DNA of 64,000 nucleotides from Polyangiales bacterium. Its GTDB lineage: Bacteria; Myxococcota_A; Polyangia; Polyangiales; Polyangiaceae. The stretch spans positions 53,681-117,680 of the forward strand of contig JBBQWQ010000021.1 of NCBI GenBank assembly GCA_038210445.1. The letters run 5' to 3'. The translations under genes were made by a program, and so were the position numbers. The notes below the pieces were generated by a model that saw only the letters and a program-made list of their open reading frames with translations, did no database searches and was not told the DNA's origin. Below, piece by piece: positions 10,771 through 19,867 of this stretch. Numbering within the stretch: the stretch's first letter is position 1; each line of letters begins with the position of its first letter.

Positions 10771-11718
10771 TTGTTCTCTGGTGTAATGAATTGCATGCGC
10801 GACGAAGAAACCACGGGCCACCTGGGCCTCGAGAGCACGTTGCCCAATCTGCTTTCGTTCTGTCGGACCTTCGAGCGCGGCAGCTTCACGCGGGCCGCCA
10901 AGGCGCTGCGAATCACCCCGGCCGCCGTGAGCCGCTCGGTGGCGCGGCTGGAGCGCGCTCTTGGCGCGACCTTGTTCCGGCGCACCACGCGCGAGCTGCG
11001 CCCCACCGCCAAGGGGCGCGCCTACTACGAAAAGTGCGCGGCTGCGCTGCGCCTCCTGGCCACCGGCGAGCAAGAGCTCCTCGACGCAGAAGACGGCCCC
11101 GCGCCCCAGGGCCTGGTGCGCGTCAGCGTCCCCACCACCTACGGCCTGCGGAGGCTCTTGCCGCAGATGGGCGGATTCCGCGAGCGCTACCCCAGCATCG
11201 AGCTGGAGCTCCACGTGTCGAACCAGAACATCGACTTCGTGCGCGAGGGCTTCGATCTGGCGGTGCGCATGGGCGTCATCGGCGACGCCGGCATGGTCGC
11301 ACGCAAGCTCGGCGACTTTCCCCAAGGCGTGTTCGCCAGCCCGGCGTATCTGGCGCGGCGCGGCGCGCCCGGCAGCGTCGGCGACGTCGCCGCCCACGAT
11401 TGCATCGCCTTCGTCATGCCCAGCACCGGCCGCGTACTGCCCTGGTTGTTCGCGTCGCCGAACCGCGAGCTCGTGCCTCCCGCGCAGGTGCGGTGCGCGG
11501 AGGATCCCCACGGCGGCATCGCCCTCTGCAAGGCCGGCCTGGGCCTCTTTCAGACCTACCGGTTCCTGGTGGAAGACGAGGTAGCGCGCGGCGAGCTTTC
11601 GGAGGTGCTGCGCGCGCGCGGCGGCCGCACCCGGCGCTTCTCGCTGCTGTACCCGAAGGACGGCCTGCGCTCGCGGGCCGTGCGGGCGGTGACCGATTTC
11701 ATCCTCGAGCGCCGCTAG
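10771..11718 (+). CDS. LysR-family transcriptional regulator
   Basis: N-terminal HTH (FTRAAKALRITPAAVSRSVARLERALGATLFRR) and a LysR substrate-binding domain. Divergent from the DJ-1 pair. The start may instead be the internal ATG at 10795. Confidence 0.85.
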   Translation: MFSGVMNCMRDEETTGHLGLESTLPNLLSFCRTFERGSFTRAAKALRITPAAVSRSVARLERALGATLFRRTTRELRPTAKGRAYYEKCAAALRLLATGEQELLDAEDGPAPQGLVRVSVPTTYGLRRLLPQMGGFRERYPSIELELHVSNQNIDFVREGFDLAVRMGVIGDAGMVARKLGDFPQGVFASPAYLARRGAPGSVGDVAAHDCIAFVMPSTGRVLPWLFASPNRELVPPAQVRCAEDPHGGIALCKAGLGLFQTYRFLVEDEVARGELSEVLRARGGRTRRFSLLYPKDGLRSRAVRAVTDFILERR

Positions 11719-11844
11719 CCCTTTCCATGGCTCGCGGATCATCCAAGGCTCACCCCAGAAGCAAGGCGATCTCGCCGGAACGTTTCTGCGCGGTAGTCCT
11801 CGGCTGTCGCATCGTATGCTCACCGTGGTGCAGGAGGCAGGATC

Positions 11845-13386
11845 GTGATCCCCAAGAAGCTGGTGGCCGTGACCACGGTGAAGTCGCTCCCCGAGGGCAA
11901 GGCCACGCTGGTCAAGCAAGGCAAGCGGCGGCTCGCTTGCGTGCGCTCCAAGGGTGCGGTGCACGTGCTGGAAGACGCGTGCCCACACGAAGGTCACCCG
12001 CTCTCGATGGGGCTCGTTCGCGACGGCGTCCTCACCTGCCCTTGGCACAACTGGAAGTTCGAGCTAAGCACTGGCCGCTGCGTGTTCGGGGGCGAGTCGG
12101 CGCGGCGCATCGATGCCGAGGTGCACGACGGCGAGGTCTTCGTGGCGGAGGCCAGGGACGATGCGCGCGATCGCGACCGAATCGAGACCGACATGCGGCG
12201 AGCCCTCCACGAGCGCCGCGTGGACGGCGCTACCCGAGAAGGCCTGAGGCTCGCCCTCCACGACGAGGAGGCGCCGTTCGACCTGCTCCTCGAGGTGGCG
12301 TTGGCGGTGGCTCCCTACGGGCTCGGAGAGCCGGCCTGCGCCGTGGGCGCGGCGCGGCGCTTGATGCGCGCAGGCGTGCTCACGGGCGCCGAGGCACTCG
12401 CGGCAACGGCCGAAGCAATCTGCCGCGCGCCCATGGGTGCGCCCACGCCGGAGGGAGGCCCTGCCGCTTTCGAGGCCGATCGAGACGCCCTGCTCGACGC
12501 GCTCCTCGAAGAGCGACGCAGCGAGGCCATCGCGAGGGCCATCGCCGACGAGCGTCCATTCGAGGAGCTGGCTGCGAGCACGTTCTACCCCTTGGCGTCG
12601 CTCAAGCTCTTCGATGGGGGCCTCGCCGTGGTGCGCATCGCCATGGCCGCACATCTGACGCGGTCATTTCCAGAGCGCGCGGCAGCGTTGCGCGGCGCGA
12701 CCGCTCGCATGCTGGGTTGGGCAGTGGCGCGCTCCGACCTCCCGAGCTGGCGCGCCACGCGTGGCGGCATCGCCGAGGCGCTACGCAGCACCCACTTCGT
12801 TGAGAGCCGCGAAATACAGGGAACCTACACGGACCAGCTCCTACTTTCGGAGCGCAAGGCGGTGGCGGCTACGCTGGCGCTGCTCCGCGCGGGGGTCGCC
12901 CCGAAGACCCTGCTCCACCAGGCAGCACAGGCGGCGACGCACAGGCTCGCGCACTACGACGCGCGGTGGTCGATACGCGGCGGCTCCACCGTGACCGTGG
13001 CCGAGCCGGTGGTGGGGTTCCTCTTCGCACGGGCAGCGCAAGCGCTGGAGCTCCCCCCCGATGCGCGATTCGGCGCGCCACTCGCGGTACAGGTGGCGGG
13101 CCTCGTGGGTCGACTGGGGCGGGTCTCATTGCCGGCCCCCGGCGCCGCGGCGCCTACCGGAGAAGCCAGCCGCGACCAGCTACGCGACGTGGTGCTCGCC
13201 AGCGCGCTCGCCGAGGCGAACCCGGCGATGGCTCTGCTCGCTGCCGATGCGCTCGCCGAAGACCACGCCAGCCAGGAGCTGATTCGGCCGATCCTCGACG
13301 AGCCGCGCGGCGCTCGTATCGCGCGCTTGGCGCTGAACGCCGAGCGCGTGGTTCGCACCCGGAGGCCCCACGACGGCATCGACTGA
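11845..13386 (+). CDS. Rieske [2Fe-2S] domain protein fused to ~400-aa helical domain of unknown function
   Basis: GTG 11845 with GGAGG 9 nt upstream. Rieske boxes CPHEGHPL and CPWHNWKF lie in the first 100 aa. The remainder is Ala/Leu/Arg-rich with no recognised family. Confidence 0.65.
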   Translation: MIPKKLVAVTTVKSLPEGKATLVKQGKRRLACVRSKGAVHVLEDACPHEGHPLSMGLVRDGVLTCPWHNWKFELSTGRCVFGGESARRIDAEVHDGEVFVAEARDDARDRDRIETDMRRALHERRVDGATREGLRLALHDEEAPFDLLLEVALAVAPYGLGEPACAVGAARRLMRAGVLTGAEALAATAEAICRAPMGAPTPEGGPAAFEADRDALLDALLEERRSEAIARAIADERPFEELAASTFYPLASLKLFDGGLAVVRIAMAAHLTRSFPERAAALRGATARMLGWAVARSDLPSWRATRGGIAEALRSTHFVESREIQGTYTDQLLLSERKAVAATLALLRAGVAPKTLLHQAAQAATHRLAHYDARWSIRGGSTVTVAEPVVGFLFARAAQALELPPDARFGAPLAVQVAGLVGRLGRVSLPAPGAAAPTGEASRDQLRDVVLASALAEANPAMALLAADALAEDHASQELIRPILDEPRGARIARLALNAERVVRTRRPHDGID

Positions 13387-13436
13387 CGCCGGTCGATTTC
13401 GAAATCCGCGAGGCACTCGGGGCGCATTTCCATGCG

Positions 13437-13925
13437 ATGGCCACCCATTCGAAGTGCAGGATTGCCGCGTTCGTCGCACTCTTTTTCGCCTCGCTTGCTT
13501 GCGTGGGCGAAGGAGAAGGCTTGCCGCCACCCTTGCCACACGATGAAGCTGGGTCTTCTACCGGCGCGGGGTCAGGTGGCGGTGGCGGCGGCGACATCGA
13601 TGCAAAGGCGAGCGACCCGGATGCAGATCTCTACGACGCCGGCCGGCGCGACGCCGCGGAAGATGGCAATCGCTGCATGCCCACGCCCCCGGCATGCCTG
13701 CAGGACGCGACCTCGACGTGCGTCAATCCTTGCCGCGTCACGTACAACCAGTGCAAAGCCAACTGCCCCAACGACGCGAACCTGAGGACCTGCCTCGATG
13801 CGTGCTCAGCCAAGCTCGCCACCTGCCAAGTGCCGTGCACGGGCGACTGTTCCGTCTGCGCCAACGCCAACGGCAGCTGCACCGGAAGCCAGGACTGCGC
13901 GCCCATCGTCTTCAAGGGTCCGTAG
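13437..13925 (+). CDS. small secreted cysteine-rich protein
   Basis: ATG 13437. Signal peptide IAAFVALFFASLACVG, then a Gly-rich linker, then about 16 Cys in 80 aa (CVNPC, CKANCPND, CQVPCTGDCSVC). GC3 is high. Confidence 0.5.
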   Translation: MATHSKCRIAAFVALFFASLACVGEGEGLPPPLPHDEAGSSTGAGSGGGGGGDIDAKASDPDADLYDAGRRDAAEDGNRCMPTPPACLQDATSTCVNPCRVTYNQCKANCPNDANLRTCLDACSAKLATCQVPCTGDCSVCANANGSCTGSQDCAPIVFKGP

Positions 13926-14197
13926 CGGAAAGTTCTCCGTGCCTAGCGTGGTCGACCACGTGCGACGCGTCGTTCCGCACGAAGCGCTGGAGTCGCGCCG
14001 ACGCTGCGCGATTACCTGGTGGTGGGCCCGCCCATCGCGGCGGACCGCCCGAGGCTCGACTGCGATCGCGTACTGCCCGGCCTCGATCTGCCGCCGGTGC
14101 TGGCGCTTCGCCGCAGACTGCGTGCAGCCCGTTGCGCACAAAAGAAGTACGGAGCAAACCTTTCGGCTCGCTCCGCTTCAACTTCATGGGCGCTGGT

Positions 14198-15817
14198 TCA
14201 GCGAACCGTGATGGGCGTGGTCGAGGGCTTGTACTTGTTGTCGAGCTCGCCGTCGACCACGCGCAGGGCGTCTTGGCCCCACGAGTAGCCGTAGCCGGTG
14301 AACTGCGAGTTCTTGAGGATGGTCTTGTAGCTGTTCTGCTTGCCGTCGATGAAGGAGCCGACGAAGCGACCCATGGACTCGCCGCTCTCGTTGACCCAGC
14401 TCTCGAGGCCGTTGGTGACCAGGTCGAGGTTCTGGGTGCCGCCCTCCTTGAGGGGCTTGTAGTCCTTCTCGTAGTAGTTGTACGAGACGCAGCCGTTGAT
14501 CATGAGCACCTGGTAGCTCTTGGGAAAGTCGGCGGCGGTGAAGCGGCTGGGGTCGAGGGGGCCGTAGCCGATGTAGGAGTGACCGTTGTAGACGAAGATG
14601 TCGGAGGTCTTGATGGCGCGCTTGTGCGGGGTCGAGTCGGTCTCGGCGCCGAAGTAGCTCTGGAGCTTGATGGTGACCGGCTTGGTCACGCCCTTGATGG
14701 TGACCTGCACCGGGGCTTCGAAGGTGAGCCAGTGCTTGGCCAGGTTGTTCGCGACCGCCGCGCGAACCTTGTCGCGATTGGCGTAGGTGACGCCGGCCGG
14801 GTTCTGGCCGTCGAGCTCGAACTTCACCAGATCGTCGAAGCTGCCGAAGGCGATGTTCTTACCGTCGACCGTGTACTTGAGAGCGTCGGTCGAGGGCTCG
14901 ACGCTGGTGAGCTTGAAGCCGGGGCGCGCCTTGAAGATCTCGCGGAGGCCGCCGTACCACATCTCGTAGCCCTGATCCTCGAACACCTCGTGGCGCTCGC
15001 CGGCGGCCCAGTCGGCCATCATGCCGCTCACCATGCCGATGACAACCTTGCCCGGCTCCACGCCGCCGGCGTAGAGGCGATCGTACTCGGGGTAGGCGGT
15101 CTTGGTGCTGGTGGCGATGCGGCCGAGCGCCATGCTCACCGGAATGTAGAGGCGGTTGGCTTCGCTCTGCGGCACCACGGTGGCCGAGCTGCCGAGCTTG
15201 GCGCGGTCGGCGTCGACCTTCTGCTGCTCCTTGGCCATGGCGGTCTTGCAGCCGGAGAGCGAGGGGTCGAACACGTACCAGATAGACCCGTTCATGAACT
15301 CGCGGGCGTGCTGATCCTTGGCGGTGCACTCGTCGAAGATGCGCTGGTTCGAGTCGGAGTAGTTGGGGCGAAGGAGCGCCAGCTGGAGCGCCGAGCGGCT
15401 GGCCATGGGCACCGGAACCACCGCGGAGTCGGTGAAGGTGTACGATACACGGAGCTGGTCGACGCCGGGGTCGCCCGCCAGGTCGGCGTTCTTGACCTTG
15501 ACCTTGGTCTTCACGAAGGTCGAGGGGTCCACGTCCTTGAGCTCGCGGCTGTTGACGCCGACGTTGGCTTCGCGCAGGGCGCCGAAGGCCGACTGGGTCT
15601 GCTTACGGATGGCGGCGAGGATGGTGTAGTCGCTGGCGTTGGGCTCGACGAACACCACGCCGGAGAACTTCAGCTCGCGCTGGCGCGCGGTGAGGCTGGT
15701 GAGATCATCTTCGCTGGCGTCGGTGTCCTCGGCGGCGCCGGAGCAACCCACGGCGGTGGCGCCCAGCGTCAGGGCCAGGAGCGGAAGAGCGACGACAGAA
15801 GCGAGCTTGGTCTTCAT
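14198..15817 (-). CDS. lipoprotein of unknown function (539 aa)
   Basis: ATG 15817 gives a lipoprotein signal (MKTKLASVVALPLLALTLGATAVGCSG). The sequence is diverse and non-repetitive. No family recognised. Confidence 0.6.
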   Translation of the reverse strand: MKTKLASVVALPLLALTLGATAVGCSGAAEDTDASEDDLTSLTARQRELKFSGVVFVEPNASDYTILAAIRKQTQSAFGALREANVGVNSRELKDVDPSTFVKTKVKVKNADLAGDPGVDQLRVSYTFTDSAVVPVPMASRSALQLALLRPNYSDSNQRIFDECTAKDQHAREFMNGSIWYVFDPSLSGCKTAMAKEQQKVDADRAKLGSSATVVPQSEANRLYIPVSMALGRIATSTKTAYPEYDRLYAGGVEPGKVVIGMVSGMMADWAAGERHEVFEDQGYEMWYGGLREIFKARPGFKLTSVEPSTDALKYTVDGKNIAFGSFDDLVKFELDGQNPAGVTYANRDKVRAAVANNLAKHWLTFEAPVQVTIKGVTKPVTIKLQSYFGAETDSTPHKRAIKTSDIFVYNGHSYIGYGPLDPSRFTAADFPKSYQVLMINGCVSYNYYEKDYKPLKEGGTQNLDLVTNGLESWVNESGESMGRFVGSFIDGKQNSYKTILKNSQFTGYGYSWGQDALRVVDGELDNKYKPSTTPITVR

Positions 15818-16026
15818 GGTGTATAGATTGAGCACGAACCAGGCCACGTTGTCCTACATCGACACACCACGAAAACATTGAGGAAATTCCAATGTCGGAG
15901 GGCACCGAGTGGATACTTTGGGATCCGGTAGGATAGTGTGTGATCCGGTCGGCACGGAAAACCACACGCCGCGCCGATGCCTTTCGCGGCCCGCGACCCT
16001 AACTCCCCGATGCCCCGTTTCGGCGT

Positions 16027-17241
16027 GTGCTACGCCGCTCCCTCCCCATGGACTCCAACGTTCGTGAAGTCTTCGACCTGGTCGCCCGATGGATTCACCT
16101 CATCGCGGGCATCATGTGGGTCGGCAACTCGATGCTCTTCAACTGGCTCGACCGGAACCTGGAGAAGGTAGAAGACCGGCGCAAGGAGCACATCGGGCGC
16201 ATCTGGATGCTCCACTCGGGCGCCTTCTACGACGTAGAGAAGACCATGCTGGCGCCGGGCGAGATGCCCAAGGTGCTGCACTGGTTCAAGTGGCAAAGCT
16301 ACACCACGTGGATCAGCGGCATCGCGCTGCTCTTCATCGTCTACTACATGGGCGACGGCTCGTTCCTGGTGAACAGCGGCGGCCCGGTGAGCCCCGACCT
16401 GGCCAAGGATCTCGGCATCGGCATCCTGGTGGGCAGCGTCGTGTTTTACGATCTGGTGTGGCGCTTCATCGGCAAGACCATGGAGCGGCAAGCGCAGGTC
16501 ATCTCGCTCGCCGCGCTGGTGGGGCTGGTCTGGGGCTGCACCCACGTGTTCAACGGGCGCGCCGCTTTCATCCACGTGGGCGCAGTGCTCGGCACCTGCA
16601 TGGCCGGCAACGTGTTCCTGCACATCATGCCGTCGCAGCGCGAGCTGGTGAAGGCCACCGAAGAGGGCCGCGAGCAAGACATGTCGCTGTCGCTGCGCGC
16701 CAAGCAGCGGTCGATTCACAACAACTACATGACCTTCCCGCTGCTGTTCATCATGCTCTCGAATCACTTCCCGAGCACCTATGGGCACAAGCAGTCGTGG
16801 CTGGTGCTGCTCACCATGATGCTCACCGGCGCGCTGGTGCGGCACATCCTCAACGTGCGCTTCACGTTCAAGGCGTGGATTCCGGCGCTCGCCACCACCA
16901 TCACCGGCGGGCTCATCGCGCTCATCTACTTCATGGGCATTCGCGGAACCAGCAGCAGCGGCGGCGGGCCGGTCGAGAAGGTCGCCTTCAGCCGCGTGCA
17001 GATCGTCATCAAAGACCGCTGCATGCCGTGCCACGCCGAGCACCCCACCGACAACGTGTACACCCAGGCCCCCAAGGGTGTGATGTTCGACACCCCTGCG
17101 CAGATCAAAGCCTACGCGGATCAGATCAAAGTGCAGGCGGTGGTCTCCAAGGCCATGCCGCAAGGCAACAAGACGAACATCACCGAGGGCGAGCGCGATC
17201 TCCTCGGCAAGTGGATTCTGGGCGGCGCCAACATCGAGTGA
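16027..17241 (+). CDS. multi-TM membrane protein with C-terminal c-type heme motif (PuuD/urate-hydroxylase-like family)
   Basis: N-terminal HLIAGIMWVGNSMLFNW-type membrane domain with 8 or more TM segments. C-terminal CMPCH (CxxCH). The start may be ATG 16048 rather than GTG 16027. Confidence 0.55.
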   Translation: MLRRSLPMDSNVREVFDLVARWIHLIAGIMWVGNSMLFNWLDRNLEKVEDRRKEHIGRIWMLHSGAFYDVEKTMLAPGEMPKVLHWFKWQSYTTWISGIALLFIVYYMGDGSFLVNSGGPVSPDLAKDLGIGILVGSVVFYDLVWRFIGKTMERQAQVISLAALVGLVWGCTHVFNGRAAFIHVGAVLGTCMAGNVFLHIMPSQRELVKATEEGREQDMSLSLRAKQRSIHNNYMTFPLLFIMLSNHFPSTYGHKQSWLVLLTMMLTGALVRHILNVRFTFKAWIPALATTITGGLIALIYFMGIRGTSSSGGGPVEKVAFSRVQIVIKDRCMPCHAEHPTDNVYTQAPKGVMFDTPAQIKAYADQIKVQAVVSKAMPQGNKTNITEGERDLLGKWILGGANIE

Positions 17242-17358
17242 GTAGGGGCGCCCGCGAGCATCATGGGGCCTTCTTTCGTCGGCTGGTTCGCGCAGGATCC
17301 ACGCAGAAAACAGGCTTCGCGCGCAACAGCTTGCGGGAAGCGCGGCCAATGAAAGCGC

Positions 17359-17529
17359 ATGATGGACGACTGCCCCGAGACGCTCACGCCCTGTGGTCGA
17401 TGTCACAACCTCATGCGCCGGCACGAAGCCGCGTGCCCGGCCTGCGCCGCGGTGACCTCGTACCGGCAAAGCCGGCAGCGCATGGTCGCAGCGCCCGCGG
17501 CCACTGTCGGGAGCGGGCAGCGCAAGTAG
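17359..17529 (+). CDS. small zinc-ribbon protein (56 aa), unlisted ORF
   Basis: Translates to MMDDCPETLTPCGRCHNLMRRHEAACPACAAVTSYRQ..., with two CxxC knuckles 10 aa apart. GC3 is about 85%. It lies in a convergent intergenic gap, and the RBS is weak. Confidence 0.3.
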   Translation: MMDDCPETLTPCGRCHNLMRRHEAACPACAAVTSYRQSRQRMVAAPAATVGSGQRK

Positions 17530-17664
17530 TTCGACTTGCGTCGAGCTCAGTCTTCAAGGGAGGCGTGTTCGCTGGGAGGGCCGCGGGTCGCTCACTCGCC
17601 CTTGTCGTGAGCACGCCTGACGACCCCGGGAAGTCCCTGACGTATCGGCCAAAACACCAGTCTG

Positions 17665-18864
17665 CTACGGGACATTGAGAGCCGGGCACGGGATGGCGCG
17701 GACGGCGCGGCGCTCGCTGCCATCGCCGGACTCCACGCTCTGGGGCGCAGGCCGAAAGAGGTAGTCCACTCGATGGGGCAAGACGTAGACGTCGCCGCTC
17801 CCGGGCAGTGGGCGCAGGGTGGGCGGAGGGACGTCGCGACGCCCGTAGTGCACCACCTCTTCGGCGAAGCAGAGCTCGCCGACCGCAGCGCTGGGACCGA
17901 CGACCCAGCCGTCGTCGGCTTTGGGTAGCGCGTAGGACTGATCGACCAGCGGGTCGATGGTCACGTGCACCTCGCTCACGTTTCGTTTGCGAACCTTCAC
18001 CTCGGCGGTGAAGACGTCGCGCGATGAAGCGGCGACGTAGAACGTGGAGAGAGCTTCGCCGGCCGGCTCTACCGTCATGCGCGTTCCCACCGGCGCGCTC
18101 GTGGCGACGATGATGGTCGCGAAGGTGTGCTGGTAGGCGTTGTACATGGCAATGGCGAAGAGCCCGGCGCACGCCATGCCGCCCAGGGCGACCCAGGTTC
18201 CCCAGCCAGACCACGGTACCCCGCGCCCTTGGGTGCGGAGCGGTGCCTCGTACCACTCGAAGCCCGCGCCCTCGGCCTTTTCGGGCTCGTCGTCGTCGTC
18301 CGCACTGCCTTCTTCGTCGCCAAGGGTTCGCGGGAGCCAGAAGAACACCCGCGCCGGAGGCGCCGGCATGACGCCGCCGGGAAAGCCCAGGACCACCGCC
18401 AAGGCGCCGAACGCCGCCGCCAGCGAGAGCGCGATCGCCATGATCAGCAGCGTCGCCGAGTACGTAAGCTCGCGCATGGCCGAGCCGAACTGGGTGAGCG
18501 CGACGACCGTCGCCGCGGCCACCGGTACCGGCAAGACGAGCTTGGCTCGCATTCGCTCCTTGTTGGCGGCCACCGCGAACATGCGCTCGCCATTTCCGGG
18601 CAGGCGACCACAATGAGGACAGGGCGCGCTGGCCATCGCGCGATTGCCGAAGCCGCTCGCCGAGACCTGGGCGCGCCTCGCCGCCTCGTTCAGGTGCTGA
18701 ACACTGCCGCCGGTGAGGTCGTAGTTGGCGGTAGAAGCGCCGTAGCCCCGCGCATGCACCATTGCGTGCAGCATCTTCTCGCAGTGATCACACGGATAGC
18801 TCGCCCGGTGCTCCACCAGGCCGGTCTGCACCGAGTACTGACGCTGCTGCCACAGAAAGTACAT
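17665..18864 (-). CDS. membrane protein with N-terminal zinc-ribbon (CxxC..CxxC)
   Basis: ATG 18864 with GGAGG 5 nt upstream. N-terminus YPCDHCEK...CPHCG, followed by 3-4 TM segments and an acidic linker (DDDDEPEKAE). The listed 567-aa ORF is over-extended upstream. Confidence 0.6.
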   Translation of the reverse strand: MYFLWQQRQYSVQTGLVEHRASYPCDHCEKMLHAMVHARGYGASTANYDLTGGSVQHLNEAARRAQVSASGFGNRAMASAPCPHCGRLPGNGERMFAVAANKERMRAKLVLPVPVAAATVVALTQFGSAMRELTYSATLLIMAIALSLAAAFGALAVVLGFPGGVMPAPPARVFFWLPRTLGDEEGSADDDDEPEKAEGAGFEWYEAPLRTQGRGVPWSGWGTWVALGGMACAGLFAIAMYNAYQHTFATIIVATSAPVGTRMTVEPAGEALSTFYVAASSRDVFTAEVKVRKRNVSEVHVTIDPLVDQSYALPKADDGWVVGPSAAVGELCFAEEVVHYGRRDVPPPTLRPLPGSGDVYVLPHRVDYLFRPAPQSVESGDGSERRAVRAIPCPALNVP

Positions 18865-18896
18865 GGAAACCTCCAGAACGTTGGCGATACCCTCTC

Positions 18897-19667
18897 TCAG
18901 TACGAGACGCCGAGGCCGGCGGAGAGCATGCGCTCGCCGAAGGCGACGCCCTCGGCGAAGAGATCGACGCGCTTCCACAGCACCACCGACGCGCCGGCGC
19001 CGATCTGGTACTTGTACACGTCGGTTCCGGTCAGGCTCTCGCCGCGCAGCTTCCAGAAGATGGGCCCGCCGAACACCCGCGCCGCGGCGTAGATGGTGAG
19101 CACGTCGGCGATGGTCTTGCCGGCCACCGCGCCGAGTCGCAGGTCGAAGGCGTTGTAGCCCACGTAGGCGGTGCGCGCTTCGTGGGTCTTGGCGGTGGCG
19201 TAGCCGAAGGTGCCAGTAAGGCCCACGAAGGGCAGGACGCCCTTCTCTTCGAGCAAGCGGTAGGAGGCGCCGAGCGCCAGCGAGAGGCCGCCGGAAAACT
19301 CGTGGCGTGAATCTGGAAATACCATTTTGCCCGCCAGAAGCAGGCCCGCCGCCAGCTGCAGCGACCACTTGTCACTCACCCGGTATTCGAACGCGGCCGC
19401 CGCGAGGCTGCGCTCGACGTCGGCCTTCTTGTCGCCCGAGAACACGATGCGGGTGGACGAAAACGTGTAATTTACACTGGTTCGAAAGCGGGGGGCGGTC
19501 TCTGCGTCGCCGTCGGTGCAGCGGAAACCCGGCGGAGACCCGGGCGGCGGAACCCCGCAGGCGCGTGCCGACCCCACGTGCGCCAGCAAGGCGGCGGCGG
19601 CCAGGGCGAGCGCGACCAGCGGAGCGAGGACACCGCGAACGGCAGACGGCGAGCGAAGAGAGGGCAC
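18897..19667 (-). CDS. secreted outer-membrane beta-barrel-like protein
   Basis: A signal peptide follows candidate GTG 19667 (VPSLRSPSAVRGVLAPLVALALAAAALLA). The protein has alternating-hydrophobic beta-strand character and a C-terminal aromatic residue (..GLGVSY). Its stop lies 33 nt upstream of the next gene, suggesting an operon. The start is uncertain. Confidence 0.5.
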   Translation of the reverse strand: MPSLRSPSAVRGVLAPLVALALAAAALLAHVGSARACGVPPPGSPPGFRCTDGDAETAPRFRTSVNYTFSSTRIVFSGDKKADVERSLAAAAFEYRVSDKWSLQLAAGLLLAGKMVFPDSRHEFSGGLSLALGASYRLLEEKGVLPFVGLTGTFGYATAKTHEARTAYVGYNAFDLRLGAVAGKTIADVLTIYAAARVFGGPIFWKLRGESLTGTDVYKYQIGAGASVVLWKRVDLFAEGVAFGERMLSAGLGVSY

Positions 19668-19867
19668 GACAGTTGCTATAAGCGCGAAGGCCCGGCGTGC
19701 CAAGGGTGCCAGGCTGCGGGGCCACGCCCCTCGGGTCGCGCCACGCTGCGCTTTGCGCGCGTTTTTCCGTGTGCGTTTGGCAGAGCGCGCCCATTTGCCC
19801 ATTCGGCAGGTGTCCGAAATCGATAGGGAAGACGAATCGGGGGGTGGGCGTACGACTCTCGGAACCC

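Noticed and set aside
9100-12048. 982-aa minus-strand ORF
   Set aside because: Only the C-terminal 297 codons (9100-9993) encode a recognisable DJ-1/PfpI protein with a signal peptide and an RBS at a GTG start. The upstream 685 codons are Arg/Gly-rich antisense to the real DJ-1, LysR and Rieske genes.
9978-12803. 941-aa plus-strand ORF
   Set aside because: It is Arg/Pro/Gly-rich low-complexity translation overlapping three well-supported genes in other frames or strands. This is a typical high-GC artefact.
13926-14197. Possible hairpin terminator between convergent genes (cggagc...gctccg)
   Set aside because: The stem is imperfect and the loop is about 15 nt. It is not convincing as an intrinsic terminator.
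16030-17678. 479-aa minus and 529-aa plus ORFs overlapping the PuuD-like gene
   Set aside because: They have no motifs and an Arg/Gly/His-rich composition. The plus-frame ORF 16027-17241 has a clear membrane domain and a CxxCH site.
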